A DNA stretch of 64,000 nucleotides, from positions 114,142,001 through 114,206,000 of the forward strand of contig CM097883.1 of assembly GCA_044892505.1 (NCBI GenBank), written 5' to 3'. Under the pieces are notes generated by a model. That model had not been told where the DNA came from, ran no database searches, and was given only the letters and a program-made list of their open reading frames with translations. This document shows, piece by piece, positions 36,187-50,408 of this stretch (positions are counted from its first letter, which is position 1; every line of letters begins with the position of its first letter). This DNA is from Schmidtea nova. Its lineage: Eukaryota. A program made the position numbers and the translations under genes.

Positions 36187-38008
36187 TATATTACAACTTG
36201 AAATCATTTATAGTTTTCCAAAAATTAATATTTAATTCCTAACCTAGTTTCAAAATATTTTTTTTAATGTTTGTCATTTTAAAGGCTACATTTATTTGGC
36301 TTGAAAAAGAGAAGATAAAATCGTTTGAAAAATATTAAAAAGTTATATAGATTAAAAATCCACGCGATTTTTAACAACTAAATGGAAATGTGAAATTTTA
36401 ACTACTTAATCCTGATATAATTGCATCTTTAAGGGAAAATGATTAGAAACACAGAAAAGGAAGGACAGAATTTTTAAAATCCAACTAGTTTGATTCTTTT
36501 AATTTGTATAAAGTGAGGACTGCTGGTTACTATACACAATGTGATGAATATGGAAAATAAATTATAATTGGGAAAAATGATTTTGATGAATGAATTTATT
36601 TTTCAGTAATAATGAATATCAATCTAGAATTTAATAGTTTCTGGTAAGATAGGCAACGAATGAATCCTGAAGATTCAAATCATCTCCTTAGAGGAGGATG
36701 AAGTTCAAAATCCCGAAGTATAAATCACTCGAATTCTTACGCTTACCCGACCGTAAAGTAAGTCGTCTACAAACGAGTTAATGTCAACAAGTAAAGCCTT
36801 AAAAATGATTCAAACATCCAAACTATTTTCAGACTATTTTTTAAAGAGAAACTAGGTGATAAAGAGAGTACAAGCTAATAACCGGGAATTATTCTCCCTT
36901 TTAGTTAACCGGCTCCCTCCGAAGAAGGATAACTCACATGTACTTCCTTACACAGGGATAGGAAAGATTTCTCAATTCGATGTCCAAAATTCACACTGGA
37001 TGTAAATGTATTTTTTATATATTTCAGATTAAGAATTAAGAGGGGTGATACTAATTTTTCCTAATATTCTAATAGACTTGCACAACATACGTCCCGCCAG
37101 CTTTTATCACGTGGCCCATGAACATATTCTAGAAAGCTTTTAAAAAATCAGAAGAAATTGATATATTTAAAAAATAAATCTAATCTATATTGTATATGAT
37201 ACAAATGTGAAATAGGATTATAACATATTCAATAATTTTGGGCATTCCGTTTTAACAGTAGCTATTAAGTATTCAATAACGAACAGAAATAAAATGTTCA
37301 GCCTTTTTGGCAGCACTTAGCTATGAGGACAAATTTTTTCAAAATAAATTTTATAATAAAAACAAGCATCGTTCAAGCATTTCGAAGACATTTTGAGAAC
37401 AGTGACATCAAATATGATGCCAGAATATTAAAAGCTTGTCAATGAAAAGCGGTGCAATATATCACATTTATTTCGAAATAATGTAAAAAACAGGAATTAA
37501 TATATGGATAAATGTTGTGAGGTGTTAATATAAATATTCACAAATTTGATTAAATAAGTTTAATAAATATTGATTTAAAAATAAGATTATAAAATTTTAA
37601 TTTCAAATTAAATTGAAAATATAAAATTTAATCAGTATTTTGAATAACAGAATGTTTGAATCATAGATCATAAAAATTATCGATGCTTCAGAAAAAATAT
37701 TCAAAAAGTATTATAGATTAATATTGTTTGAATAATATATAATTTTTTGGATTTAAATATTGTTATTAATAAAAATAATTATTAATAAAAATAATTATTA
37801 ATATATGATTTTTGAATTAAATCTTGTTATTAATACAAATAATTATTTCTAAAGAAGAAACCGAGTGCAATGTAATTGCAACTAACAAATGTTATTAATA
37901 AAAAATTATAAAACGTTTTATTTCTTTTACTTAAATCATATACAGTCTTCTTTTAACTATCCATTCGGCACTGAACTGTTTTTCTTGAAATCTTCGGACT
38001 CAACGTTT

Positions 38009-39578
38009 TGTTGGGCTGGGAGAATTGAAGTTTAAATTTTGTTTTAATACGCAAAATAAAATTAAAATAACACGGCAACACAAGAAAATTAAACTGGAAA
38101 ATTAAACTGGAAAATTGTATGAAAAATATAGGATAAACAGTAGTCATATGAACCGCTTTTCATAAGTCGGTCGAGTTAGGGAGAAACGATGAAAAGATGC
38201 ATATCAAAGGGGAGCACACAATTCGAGTGCAGGTCAAATTTACATACGAAAGACCGCATGAGAATTAAATGGGGGAAAATTATCAATAATAAAAAAACAT
38301 GATCAAAGAATAAAACTAGTATCGGAATAAAGATAATAATTTATTAAAATTATAGAAGAAATCCCCATTAAAATATCGTTTAAAATAACTGAGCTAGAAG
38401 GAAAAACCATAAAATAAATTAACTAATCAATAAATATACATAATTTAATAATATTAAAAAATAATAAATATTTTGAAATAAATAAAATAAATTATAAAAC
38501 AAATTTTACAAGAATAAATAAATTAAATTGAATTAAATTACCTTTGTTTTAACTAAATAATTTTATCATTAAACAAGGTTAACAATTAATGACTCCTACG
38601 TAAATTTTAGAAAAATGTTACTAAAAATAGTAACATAAAAAATTTGGAAAATATGTGCATACTGCCTCGCAGAAGTCAACGAGTGGGCGTACACGTATTG
38701 TCCGAGTGACTGGTGTTGGGGGTCGGTAAAGTGGTAGAAAATTCAACGCATACAAACACAAATTCTCTCACCTTAACAATTAGAGATAGGAAATTTGTGT
38801 TGCAATCCCGTATCGGCAGTAGACACACAGTCACTCAAAATAGTATAAATAGACGCTGAAAATGATAATTTTAACTCGTTTTACGCTGAATATTTTTTGA
38901 ACACGGAAGAATTTCAATTCTGCCAGCCAGCACCGGTCAGTAGTTTTTATATTCTATTGTGTGGTACATTAGTATCAAGTATGTTTTTATTTTATGTATT
39001 CTTTTAAAGTTTGTTGTAATTATTATGCTTTATTTGTTTTGCCTTGCCTTGCCTTGCCTTGCTCAATTTATTTGTCCCGATTAAACTGATTTTAAGAGAG
39101 GCTCGGTTGACTTACCAGTCCCGGTGACTCCGATGGTTAGGAGCTGTTTGGGCCGAATAATCGGTTCCTCCGGACCGTTGTATTAAACTAAATAGGACGG
39201 CGGTGGAAAGAGTACACTTTAGGAGTATTGATAAGATATTTTTGGAATAGATAGGTGTGGATCGTGGATGGCATAATGTGAGGATATCGTAGATCGAGAA
39301 TGGATAAATTTAAATGACCGTTGGAAATAGAGAGTAGCTAGATGCGTAAGACCTTCTATCGGCAGCAAGAACCCGAAAGAGAGAATACAGTGAGGAGTAG
39401 TTTCGGCAACGGAGCTCATCTGCTTACTGCATTCTCGCCACCCTGTACATTACAAACCTAGCTTACCGAGTAGTAATTATAGGTACATGGGTGTGGTAGA
39501 TAACATTTATGTTGCGGCATGGGTTGTGTCAATCCCTAAAATAATAAAAGTTTTTAACAACATCCATATTTCCCAACA
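38009..39578 (+). mobile_element. Solo LTR B (1.57 kb), same superfamily as LTR A
   Basis: TGTTGGG...CCCAACA with 4-bp TSD GTTT (38005-38008 and 39579-39582); shares the 3' conserved block with LTR A. Confidence 0.9.
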
Positions 39579-42081
39579 GTTTCTTAGTTGTGCAGGCCTG
39601 TTTTAATACATTATGAAATTTTAACTATTTTATCATAATAATATCGCTAGGTTTATAAACAAATTTTGATAAGAACTACTACTTGCACTTCAATTAATAT
39701 AAATATTCCTCAAAACAAATTATTCTCTATACGTAGATAATGGTAAATAATCTCAAAGGGAAAAATCTACAATACACTGATTTGTTTACTAACCAATGTT
39801 CTTAAACTTCATTTTTACTATTTTGCGAGCTTTCAATCTTTTAAGAATTCTTTCCAAAAATTACCAAAATTTTTAATTCGTTTCCCTTTTCCCCTTTATT
39901 AAAGAATGACATACTAGCTCGTGATATTTTAAAATAAATTTAATTCACTGACTTATTATTTTGATTAAATATATTAATCAGTTTATTTTGAAAGATTTTG
40001 AAGATTAGGTTTTAATTATTTTTTTATAGTTTTTGCATTTAACAAAGAAAAAAACAAAGAAAAATTCTAAATTAAAGATTTCATATATTTCTGATTTTTG
40101 AATAAAAAATTTGTGTTAAATAAAAAGTTCTAAATAAAATCAAAAGAAATTAAAAATGAAAATCAATCAATGGTATAAAGAACATTTAGGAATATTTTAG
40201 CATTTATTAATTTATTTTGTAAAATTAAAATTTTAATATTTAAAAATTAAATAAAAAGTAAAAATATTATAAAATTATAAAATTAATCACACTTTGTAAA
40301 GTTAACAATATAAATACAACTTTATACACATAATTTTAATTAAATAATTTTTTAATAAAAATATAGTTGTTTGATATTAATGTTGCTGAATCTTTGATGT
40401 GTAAAATAATAACTATTTATTACAACTTATTAAAAGTTTTGTTTAGACATTAAAATTGAAGTACAAATACAAATATTAATAAGCAAAATATTTTTAACAG
40501 TCATCAAATAATAAAAAAATATAATTTTCGATTAATAACGAGGAAAGCTAAAATTAAATATACTGATTAATAGTTAGATAAAAATGTATATTAAAGATAT
40601 GAAAAGTTAAACTTTTAATGCCTCAGTTTTAACGAATGAAAAATTAACGATAAATTATTTTTTTATATTTATCATGTTTATCATATTTATCATAATTGTC
40701 TTTTGGTTTCTGTTTTTTGATCTATTTCTTTTGATTCAATAATTTTTATATATAAATTTTTTAAAGTCTATAGATCAAAATTTCTTTCGGTTAGGTACGC
40801 GATATTTATTTCTTAAATTTAATTATTAAGTAAAATGAGCAAATTAAATTATATATATGTATAATACCATGAAAAAGAAATGTGTTATGTTTTAAATAAT
40901 TGTGAAAAAGTTATTTGAAATTTATTTGTGTGGGAGTAACTTAATATTTATTGCTTTTGACAAATTTAAATAGTTCACTGCGTAATGACAATTAAAATTT
41001 ATTAATAATAATTTATGTTCGGATATAGTTAGTTTGATGATGAGATATTTTTCTACATTTCTTTCGTGTGCATATTTTAGAAAGAAACAAATTTTTTATA
41101 AAACTATATACGTGTTATTTTTCCCGAGAAATCAGAATGTAACAATACATTGTATAAGAAAATTTTATTATTAATTTTAATAAGATATTAAAAATTGTCA
41201 TTATCTTTTTAATTTTTATAAAATTTGTTGTAGCGTAATAATTTAAATAATAATATTCAAAATAATATTAGTTAATATGACTGAAAGACGTTAATATTAA
41301 ATTTTTAAAAACTTTTCGAAAATTTTTTTAAAAATATAAAAACGTAAGAAAAATTTTTTAATTTAAATTATTTTATCAAGAAATAAAATACTTACATTTT
41401 ATTCCGTAATTTCTGAAATTACTAGTTCTTATGTGATTAATTTTAATTTCAATAATTCATAAAAAAATTAAAAGTAATATAATACGTAACAAATATAATA
41501 TAAAATAAAATGATGACGTTTCACAATTTTACCCTCATTACACTTCCGTCCAGTAGTGCTTACTTGACAGCAATATAATAAGGACATAATGTGATTGACT
41601 AAATAATATTTATTAATTGAGAAACTTATTTCAAATATTAAACGAAATACGAATAATAAATTGCAAGATGAAAATTAAAATAATGTATTTAAATATGCAA
41701 TTTAATAATAAAGGTCAAATATAATTTGATAAAACAAATTGTGAAAAATTATTTTAACTCATTTTAAAATATATAAGTATGTATGTGGGTAATTGAAAAT
41801 ATAATATAAAAATGTGTTTTCTTTATTCAAATTAAATTTTATTAGATTGGTTATTGTTAATTTCTCAATTCCTTAAATTTAATTAAAAAATTTATAAAAT
41901 TATCTCTTTTTATTGTCCTGGAAATAATTTAGATATAAATTTAAAATTATCAATTTGAATTATATTTATAAGAACTGATTTCATCATTAATACGAAGCAA
42001 AATTAAATTTTTGTTTTAATGCGTCGAAAAAAAGCAAAAACAAAAAGAGGTGAATTCAAAGCTCACGACAACACATAAACG

Positions 42082-45000
42082 TGTTGGGCCAAAACGCAAT
42101 TTGTTTTAATAAAGCGATAACCCCATAGGTAGAGAACGCGCAAGATTCCATTTTTAACCTTAGCTTCCATTAAAAAAATCCAACAATTAAGTGGAAAACA
42201 CCAAAAGGTGAAGATGAATCAAAACACAGCAACCGGTAGAATGCGCGCTAACTGCGAATTTATAAATATTTTCACTGAAATCTCGAGAAAAATTAAAAGC
42301 AGAATGTTTGGAAGTTAGAATAGGCAAAAAACCCATGGAAAGTGCCCATAAAGAACAGAAATTTGTCATAAAATCTTCAGTGCAGAAAAATTAACACAAT
42401 TCTAGAGGAAAATTGTGAATTTATCACAAAATTTCACATTTAACAATAGAAAGAATTAATATGGATCGAATATCATAAATTAAATCAAATCGAACAAATT
42501 TCGATTCAAACATAAAAATTTTTAATTAAAATAAATTATTTATAGTTTATAAAAAATTATTATACAAAAATATGGAATTAATTTTCGGAAAATCATTAGA
42601 ATTAATTTAGAAAAAATTAAGAGAAAATTCTAGAACAATTTGTTTTATTGCACTACCGGAGATAGAGAAAATTTGATGGTATATATACCGCCATCAAAAT
42701 GGCAGATTTCAGATTTTGTGGAAAAAATTTTTTTGTTTTGCTAGCTAAGAGAATTTGTGAGAAGTTTTCCGAAAATTTTTATTGCTAACCTAATTAAAGA
42801 GAATTTGTACCATTTGCCTCAGAAATTTAGAATTGAAGATATTGTGGAAAGGATTCAATTTATTGGAAAATCGGAATTGGTCAAAATTTAGTTCCCGGAG
42901 CACGAACCTTTTTAGTAGAAAACAAAATTTCTTCCTGGAGTTTGAAATGTTAGGTTTATTTTATTTTTGTTTTATTTTAAACTGATTCGAGGGGTATGGG
43001 ATCGTCGGTAATCATGCCTGTCGATCATCCCATTCCTCACGTTCGTATTATTTAAAAATGTATTATTTTTGTTATTTTATATAATGCAATTATTTTATTT
43101 TGATATTATTAAATATTAAAAATTTATTTTATTCAGTTTGATTTTGAAAATATTTTTGTTTATTATACTCACAAGTTCCCAAAACACCTAAAATTACTAT
43201 GAGAATTGTCGAAATAAACTTATGAAATTAAATAATTTTTTTTTTATCTCCCATATCTTCTGACGATCCGTCCAGCCTTGGTTGTGCGGATCTGTTAGTA
43301 GCCTGGGTGGATCGTTGTCTGATTGGTAATCGGCCAGCCCATATTTCCACTTTAAGGTGAGGCTCATACATCCAAATTCTCGTCATCCCAACTGGGGAAT
43401 CGTGGTTTGGCCAAGAGCAAGGATTTGTTATATTAATGATTTTTATTATAATAGAGTATCATATTTTCTATTATCTACATAAGCAATTTCGTAATACAAC
43501 ATAAAAATATTTCTAACTCATGTCTTGAAATCTAAAATAGGAAATATTATTGATTAAAAAATCGACTCGTACTCGCCTTCACCTTCGCACTCTCAATGAC
43601 AATCATCTTATGAGAAAATGCAAGAAAAATGGATACTAATGATGGAAAGAAAATCGCTCGAAATAATGCTCAAGTCTGGAATAATGCTCATGAAGTGAAA
43701 TGAATTGTGAAACAAGTATTGATTTGATCTGAATTAAAACTCATTATGGTCTAAATAAGTTTTCCTGTGAATCTTGTTTTTCGAGAGCCTGAAATTCCTG
43801 AGCGAAGTGTCCCGAAAAATTCGCGCGCACTTTGTTTAGGAAGCTCATGCTCAACAAAACCGAAATTTACTTCACTTGATGTTAAAAATATTCGTCGAAA
43901 AAGGTGTAACTTATTTTATTTTATTTTTTATTTTTATTTAGTATATAAATCTCTTTAGATTAAATGCATATTTAGATCTCGAAATTCATGGATAAAATAT
44001 TTTTATCAAGAATAAAAATTTGCTTTTTATTGTACTGCAAAACTTTTAAAATGAAAAATTTGCTTTTTATTGTACTGTAAAAATTTTAAAATGAAAAAAT
44101 TGTAAATCAAAAATTTTCCTAATATTGTTAATATATAAAAGATTTTATCAGTTCATAAAATTCCCGAGAATTTGAAAATCAAAAATTGTACTAAACTCCA
44201 TAAAAATTATAAATTGAAATTTTAGTATTAATAAATTTTTATCTTTTTGTAAAAATTTGGATTCGGAATTTTATAAAAAAGGAAAATTTAAGATTAATAT
44301 AGTTATCTCTTAAAATATAAAAATTTAATTTCACAAACCTATATTATCAAAATTATAAATTTTATCATCATTTAATAAAATTGGAACATTAGAAATCCAA
44401 AAAAGTAATATAAAAATTAGTATTATTATTTTAATGATTATTATTATTTTAATTTAAAAATATTTTATATAGTGTATTTAAATTATAATATAACCCCCCC
44501 CCACGATATCTTAAAAATATTAATACATCACTCATTGCAAGAAATCACACCCTTTTCACTCAATAGCATCACCCATACTAATATACAAGCAACATACATA
44601 TAAAATACAATATACACACATACACCGTATCGTTCAATAACATTCAACAATCACATGCATACAAGCAAACCATACAGAAAATCTACACCGTTAGGTTAGT
44701 TAGCATCATATATCCATAGCTCATTCAGGCACTCGCTCAATCACATCCACATCGTTTATTTTATCCAACCGACCAATGAACACACCAACACATGCATTTA
44801 TAACAATAGGAAGTCCACCACCGAACTATAAAAGAAAAAAAAACATAAACGTGATTCACCACAATAGGTATTTCCCACAAATCTATAACAAAATATAGCA
44901 GCCTCATTCACCTTCAGATCATCACCTTAGAAATTATTTTCATTCATCTGTGAACATACCTCGCTGACAATATAACTTCCAATACCACTACCCAACAGTT

Positions 45001-46399
45001 GACAATGATTTATATATACCCCACTTCATATTTTAAAAAAAATTTATAATAATAAAAAGACATTCAAGACAAAAAATTTATTGATAATAAACATCATTCA
45101 CAACAGTTCCAGAAAACAGTCTGGTAGGGATTTCCCATAAGGAAGTTGGTTCCGTTGAGGAGTAAAACAACATCCAATTTGGGTACGATTTCTCGAAAAT
45201 ATCCAATCGTACTATACGTCTGGCAGATATGAGAACGAAACAAAAAAATTAATTCCACAGAGCAACTGCCGCTTGCGACGATTGATAGATTTTATTTTTG
45301 TGGTTCCTCATCGGAAAGCTGCTGGAGAATTTTTATTTAAGCCCTCGAATTTAAAGGGAAAAGATATTGGTCTATCATAGACTTGGCATTGAACGACGAA
45401 CGTGGTGAATCTAGTGGCCTCTGAATCAAGTGATAATAAAGTAAAAATATATTGATAAATCTAAATTACCATTTTCGACGATGATAAATTTTCCAATTGA
45501 GTAGAATTTCATAATAGGAATTTGAGAGAAATTAAATAAATAAATGATAATTCAAATTGTTATCATTTACAATTGAGGGGAAATAAATTTTTCTTCTGGT
45601 TCAAACAAGAAGAATATTTCCGTTTGGTAAATTGCACCTAATTTTGTTCCAAATAAATTTAAAAATGCAAAAAATTTTTTAAATTAAATTCAAGAATTAA
45701 ATAATTTCAAAAGACCGAAATCTGATGGTTATAAATTATAAGCAAAAGTTTTACTAAATCAATTTCGTTACTAAGGCCTCAGCAAAATTTTAAAATCAAA
45801 ATATTGAAATTTTAATAAATATTTTATTATCAATTTAAAGCAAGATAGACAATAGGATTTGAATATAAATAAAGTTTACATAAATTTTAAATATAAAAAA
45901 CATAACAATTTAAGGAAATTGCGATAATGATAAAAATTTGGGTCTAAATAAGAGCAATTTGTATATTCCCAAATATATGCATTTTCTGAAGGAATAATTG
46001 ATCACCTAATTGAGTTGCGATAATATTTTCGAATGCATGCTTGCGAATAGAATAAAAGTGCTCAAATAAATTAATTGATTAATAAAGGAATCACGATTCA
46101 GCGAAAATATTCAAATAAAAATCTCGTAATAAACCTATACAGTGATAGAACAGATAAATTAAGGGGGACAAAAATGGGCAAGAAACCTTCTATCGGTAGC
46201 CCTTGGACCCAGGAGATATTCGGTCAATCATAGTTTCGTATTGACGACGCTCACTGATTGCGAATACCCACCCACTTGTTACAGTACCAACGTTACATAG
46301 TGACGGGTAACAAGGTGGTAATTTCAATGTTTTATGTGTTGAGTTGTTGATGAGAGCCATAGAAACGTCAAGGTCATATTGACGGTCAACAACCCACCA
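42082..46399 (+). repeat. Putative 5' LTR (~4.3 kb) of the giant element
   Basis: Starts TGTTGGG with similarity to the LTR B start; carries the A/B 3' block at 46150-46360; ends CCCACCA 10 nt before the PBS. Confidence 0.6.
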
Positions 46400-46409
46400 T
46401 ATAAAAATT

Positions 46410-46427
46410 TGGGGGCTCAGCCGGGAT
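46410..46427 (+). promoter_or_regulatory. Primer-binding site, tRNA-Pro type
   Basis: TGGGGGCTCAGCCGGGAT, 16/18 identical to the classical tRNA-Pro PBS TGGGGGCTCGTCCGGGAT. Confidence 0.85.
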
Positions 46428-47819
46428 ATCATCTCATCTAGTTTGTTTTGTTTGAAGCAAAAATCAATGAAAATGGCTTTACGTGGGAATTTATTAATGT
46501 TTTTGCGTTAGAAAGATAAAAGTATTTTAAAGAAAAACGAGATTTGGTGAAAGTTTTATAAAGATCGATAATCATTTGAGTATTTTCGACGAAAATGGAA
46601 AAAATTAGGTTTAATTATTAATATTATTTATATTGCTATTATTATTTTTACGTTTATACCGTTATAAGTATTATAATTATNNNNNNNNNNNNNNNNNNNN
46701 NNNNNNNNNNNNNNNNNNNNNNNNNNNNNNNNNNNNNNNNNNNNNNNNNNNNNNNNNNNNNNNNNNNNNNNNNNNNNNNNNNNNNNNNNNNNNNNNNNNN
46801 NNNNNNNNNNNNNNNNNNNNNNNNNNNNNNNNNNNNNNNNNNNNNNNNNNNNNNNNNNNNNNNNNNNNNNNNNNNNNNNNNNNNNNNNNNNNNNNNNNNN
46901 NNNNNNNNNNNNNNNNNNNNNNNNNNNNNNNNNNNNNNNNNNNNNNNNNNNNNNNNNNNNNNNNNNNNNNNNNNNNNNNNNNNNNNNNNNNNNNNNNNNN
47001 NNNNNNNNNNNNNNNNNNNNNNNNNNNNNNNNNNNNNNNNNNNNNNNNNNNNNNNNNNGATGTCATTATTATTACTAACGATATCGGTGTTATGTTATTT
47101 GATTGAAAATGACTGAGGTATGACCCCTGTAATTTTATTTTTGTTAGCAAAGAAGGACATGGAAAGTATCGGGTCTAAAAGAAATAACGGCGAAAATGGA
47201 GAAATACGTGAATTGTTTGTTTCAATTGATATAATCTAATGAGTTTGAAGTTTGAATGTTGAAAAAGATAGATTGTTGAAGTCAGAATGATGCATGGTGA
47301 TATTGGAATGTTGATCGCGACTCAATTCGGGAATCGAAATCGGGAATAACTCTAAAATCTTATGAAATCATAAAATAATATTTATCAACGACTTAAAAAC
47401 AAATATAATGATACAGAATCAAACAAGAAAACGTGAGACTTAACGCAAATATGAAAATTTTGAGATGCACAAAATTAGGACCCTAGTAAAAGGAGATGTT
47501 ATATGACCATAAGATATGGGATGGAGTTCACGCGAATCACTTAGAGAATAAATATTCGAATACGCAAAATTTGATTTCAGTAAGCGGAAAATTACCGAAA
47601 AATTGCGAGTACAGTAAATAAAAATATAATTATCTTAAAATTGATAAAAAGTGTAAAAATCATGAAAAAAAATTGTGTAAATAAATGTTTAATTATTTTT
47701 TATGTAGAAAATATTAGTATATTCAAAAAAATATAAAAATATAAGAAAAATCATAAAAATTATGTACATAATGGCTGATTATTTTAATATTTTATTCGAA
47801 AAATATCGAATATGGACGA

Positions 47820-48185
47820 ATGGAGAAAATTATAAAAATATAAAAATATAAAAAATATAAAAATACAAAAATATATGTATAAAAATGGCTGAATATTCTG
47901 TTAGTTAAAAATATAAAAATATAAAAATATAAAAATACAAAAATATATGTATAAAAATGGCTGAATATTCTGTTAGTTAAAAATATAAAAATATAAAAAT
48001 ACAAAAATATATGTATAAAAATGGCTGAATATTCTGTTAGTTAAAAATATAAAAATATAAAAATATAAAAATACAAAAATATATGTATAAAAATGGCTGA
48101 ATATTCTGTTAGTTAAAAATATAAAAATATAAAAATATAAAAATACAAAAATATATGTATAAAAATGGCTGAATATTCTGTTAGT
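47820..48185. repeat. 64-72-bp tandem repeat (5 copies) in the element leader
   Basis: tggctgaatattctgttagt at 47886, 47958, 48022, 48094, 48166. Confidence 0.9.
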
Positions 48186-48331
48186 AGTAGTTTTGAAAAA
48201 TACAAAATATATAAAAAATTATAAAAATTCGTGTACATAGATGTTGAAGTTTTTAATTTTTATTTTCGTTCAAATTATAATGAATGGTTAATTCAAAAAG
48301 TTGTAAACACCAGTCATCATGAATATTTTAG

Positions 48332-48814
48332 ATGGAATCGATTGAGCATATTTTACTACGAATCGAGTTGTTTTTCGATTTTAAAAATGACCCATTGCAG
48401 GTGTTGAGCGAGAAACTCGAACGAGTAAATGGAATAAAAGATGAATTATTGTTGAATCCTAGACCACAACCTGAGAATCTAATAGTGATTGCAGGAGTTG
48501 TAGGAACAACAAACGATATTTCGTTAGAAACAATTTACGAATTACAACGATTGCGACTGAATAATCCGAATTTTAATCTGAAAATACAAGAATGGATTGG
48601 TAAAATCGATAAAATCATGGACAAGCTAGAGAGATCGATAAATCAACAGATCGATTCGTTCGAAAGATGTTATATTTGTCGACAAAAAGAAGCGAACATT
48701 TTATTCATGCCATGTGGGCATTTGTGTTATTGCCAGCCGTGCTCTAGAGAAATAAAGAGGTGCGTAATCTGCAAACAGACAATTGATGACAAAATCATCG
48801 TATTTTGTTCGTAA
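48332..48814 (+). CDS. C-terminal RING finger protein (IAP/MDM2/LRSAM-type RING), probable E3 ligase
   Basis: CYICRQKEANILFMPCGHLCYCQPCSREIKRCVICKQTI. Confidence 0.85.
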   Translation: MESIEHILLRIELFFDFKNDPLQVLSEKLERVNGIKDELLLNPRPQPENLIVIAGVVGTTNDISLETIYELQRLRLNNPNFNLKIQEWIGKIDKIMDKLERSINQQIDSFERCYICRQKEANILFMPCGHLCYCQPCSREIKRCVICKQTIDDKIIVFCS

Positions 48815-49836
48815 AGAATGTCGATTCGAAATAAATGTTTTAGTCATGTTGAATATCGTCGATCATCCAGTACTCCAAATCGTCGTAAAAATTAAATAAA
48901 CACAGAACACTAGGTAATTAATGATTGAGAGTCGTGTAAAAACATAACAAGTAACGGCTAATGCCGAAAAATCAAACATTAGGAAAATGGGAATTTGTGA
49001 CAAAGTTACTTTTCTTTTCTTTTTGAATTTTCTTTAATATTATTATAAATCCTCCTCATCATTATTATATCGATACAAATTTCATTACTATAAATCTTCC
49101 TCATTACTGTTATTATATCGATTATCATTATTATATCGACCATTAGGACGAGCAATAAGTAGAGTAATAAAAATTGATTTTATAAGGAGAATCTTCTGAA
49201 ATAAGAGCGATAAATGAGTGTCTGAGTAGGAAATGGGAAAATAGTACACAAATTCATAACTGAGCTATCAAAAGATAGTACGACAAATTTTAATAGAGCT
49301 ATCAAAAGATAGTACGCCAATTTTTTTTGTGACAAAAGATAGTTTGTAATAAATGGGAAAAACTTGATTATCCTGAAGAGAAAAAGTAGAATAGGTTAAC
49401 CATCGCAAATGTCGATAAATTTCGTTTGTGACTGATCATCACAAATTGCGAAACAAGTTGACGCGATTATTTTACGATTTTGAATTAGGTGAAAGGGCTA
49501 AACCCGTAATGTTCGTCTTATACACCAGTTTGCCAAGGCATGATTGGTACACTGAGGTAGAAGGCAGTAACATGAGTAAAGAGAAAGTTGCTGAGAAAAT
49601 CAGATGCAGATTTTAGAAAGTCGAAAGAGTAAAAAGTGAATTTCGATGATTATAGTAGATGATAGTATAATAAGAAAAGATTCTACCATGGTAGTTAGGG
49701 AATTGATTCGTAATTGAGAAGTAGTAGAACAATTTGAGAAAAACAGTCAGCAACAGCGAATTTAGTTAAAAATTTGAGAATAGGGAAACGAGTGATTGAA
49801 TAGCATAAAGAGAATAATCGAAGACGGCCGAGAAAA

Positions 49837-50408
49837 ATTGAGAAACTTTGAGAGTTCATGTATGTGAGAGACTTTGAGAGTCCAGATAATTGAGAAACTT
49901 TGAGAGTTCATGTATGTGAGAGACTTTGAGAGTCCAGATAATTGAGAAACTTTGAGAGTTCATGTATGTGAGAGACTTTGAGAGTCCAGATAATTGAGAG
50001 ACTTTGAGAGTCCAGATAATTGAGAGACTTTGAGAGTCCAGATAATTGAGAGACTTTGAGAGTCCAGATAATTGAGAGACTTTGAGAGTCCAGGTAATTT
50101 AGAGACTTTGAGAGTCCAGATAATTGAGCGCTCTGGGAGAGACTTTGAGAGTCCAGATAATTGAGAGACTTTGAGAGTCCAGATAATTGAGAGACTTTGA
50201 GAGTCCAGATAATTGAGAAACTTTGAGAGTTCATGTATGAGAGACTTTGAGAGTCCAGATAATTGAGAAACTTTGAGAGTTCATGTATGAGAGACTTTGA
50301 GAGTCCAGATAATTGAGAAACTTTGAGAGTTCATGTATGAGAGACTTTGAGAGTCCAGATAATTGAGAAACTTTGAGAGTTCATGTATGTGAGAGACTTT
50401 GAGAGTCC
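49837..50408. repeat. ~26-bp minisatellite with two alternating variants
   Basis: gagagactttgagagtccagataatt and gagaaactttgagagttcatgtatgt repeated about 20 times. Confidence 0.92.

Noticed and set aside
37290-37480. Mariner-like N-terminal fragment (VQAFRRHF)
   Set aside because: Too short, with no TIRs or DDE region
39395-39425. Hammerhead-like CAGATGAG...CGAAAC on the minus strand of the LTR B conserved block
   Set aside because: Core is CAGAUGA not CUGAUGA, stem II does not pair, and GAAA is not conserved in copy A
42082-44997. A third solo LTR bounded by TGTTGGG and CCCAACA
   Set aside because: Flanks AACG and GTTG are not a TSD, and the conserved 3' block lies further right at 46153-46360
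49837-50408. CRISPR-like array; minus-strand ORF 49908-50234
   Set aside because: Head-to-tail units without unique spacers in a eukaryotic context; the ORF is just the repeat read through
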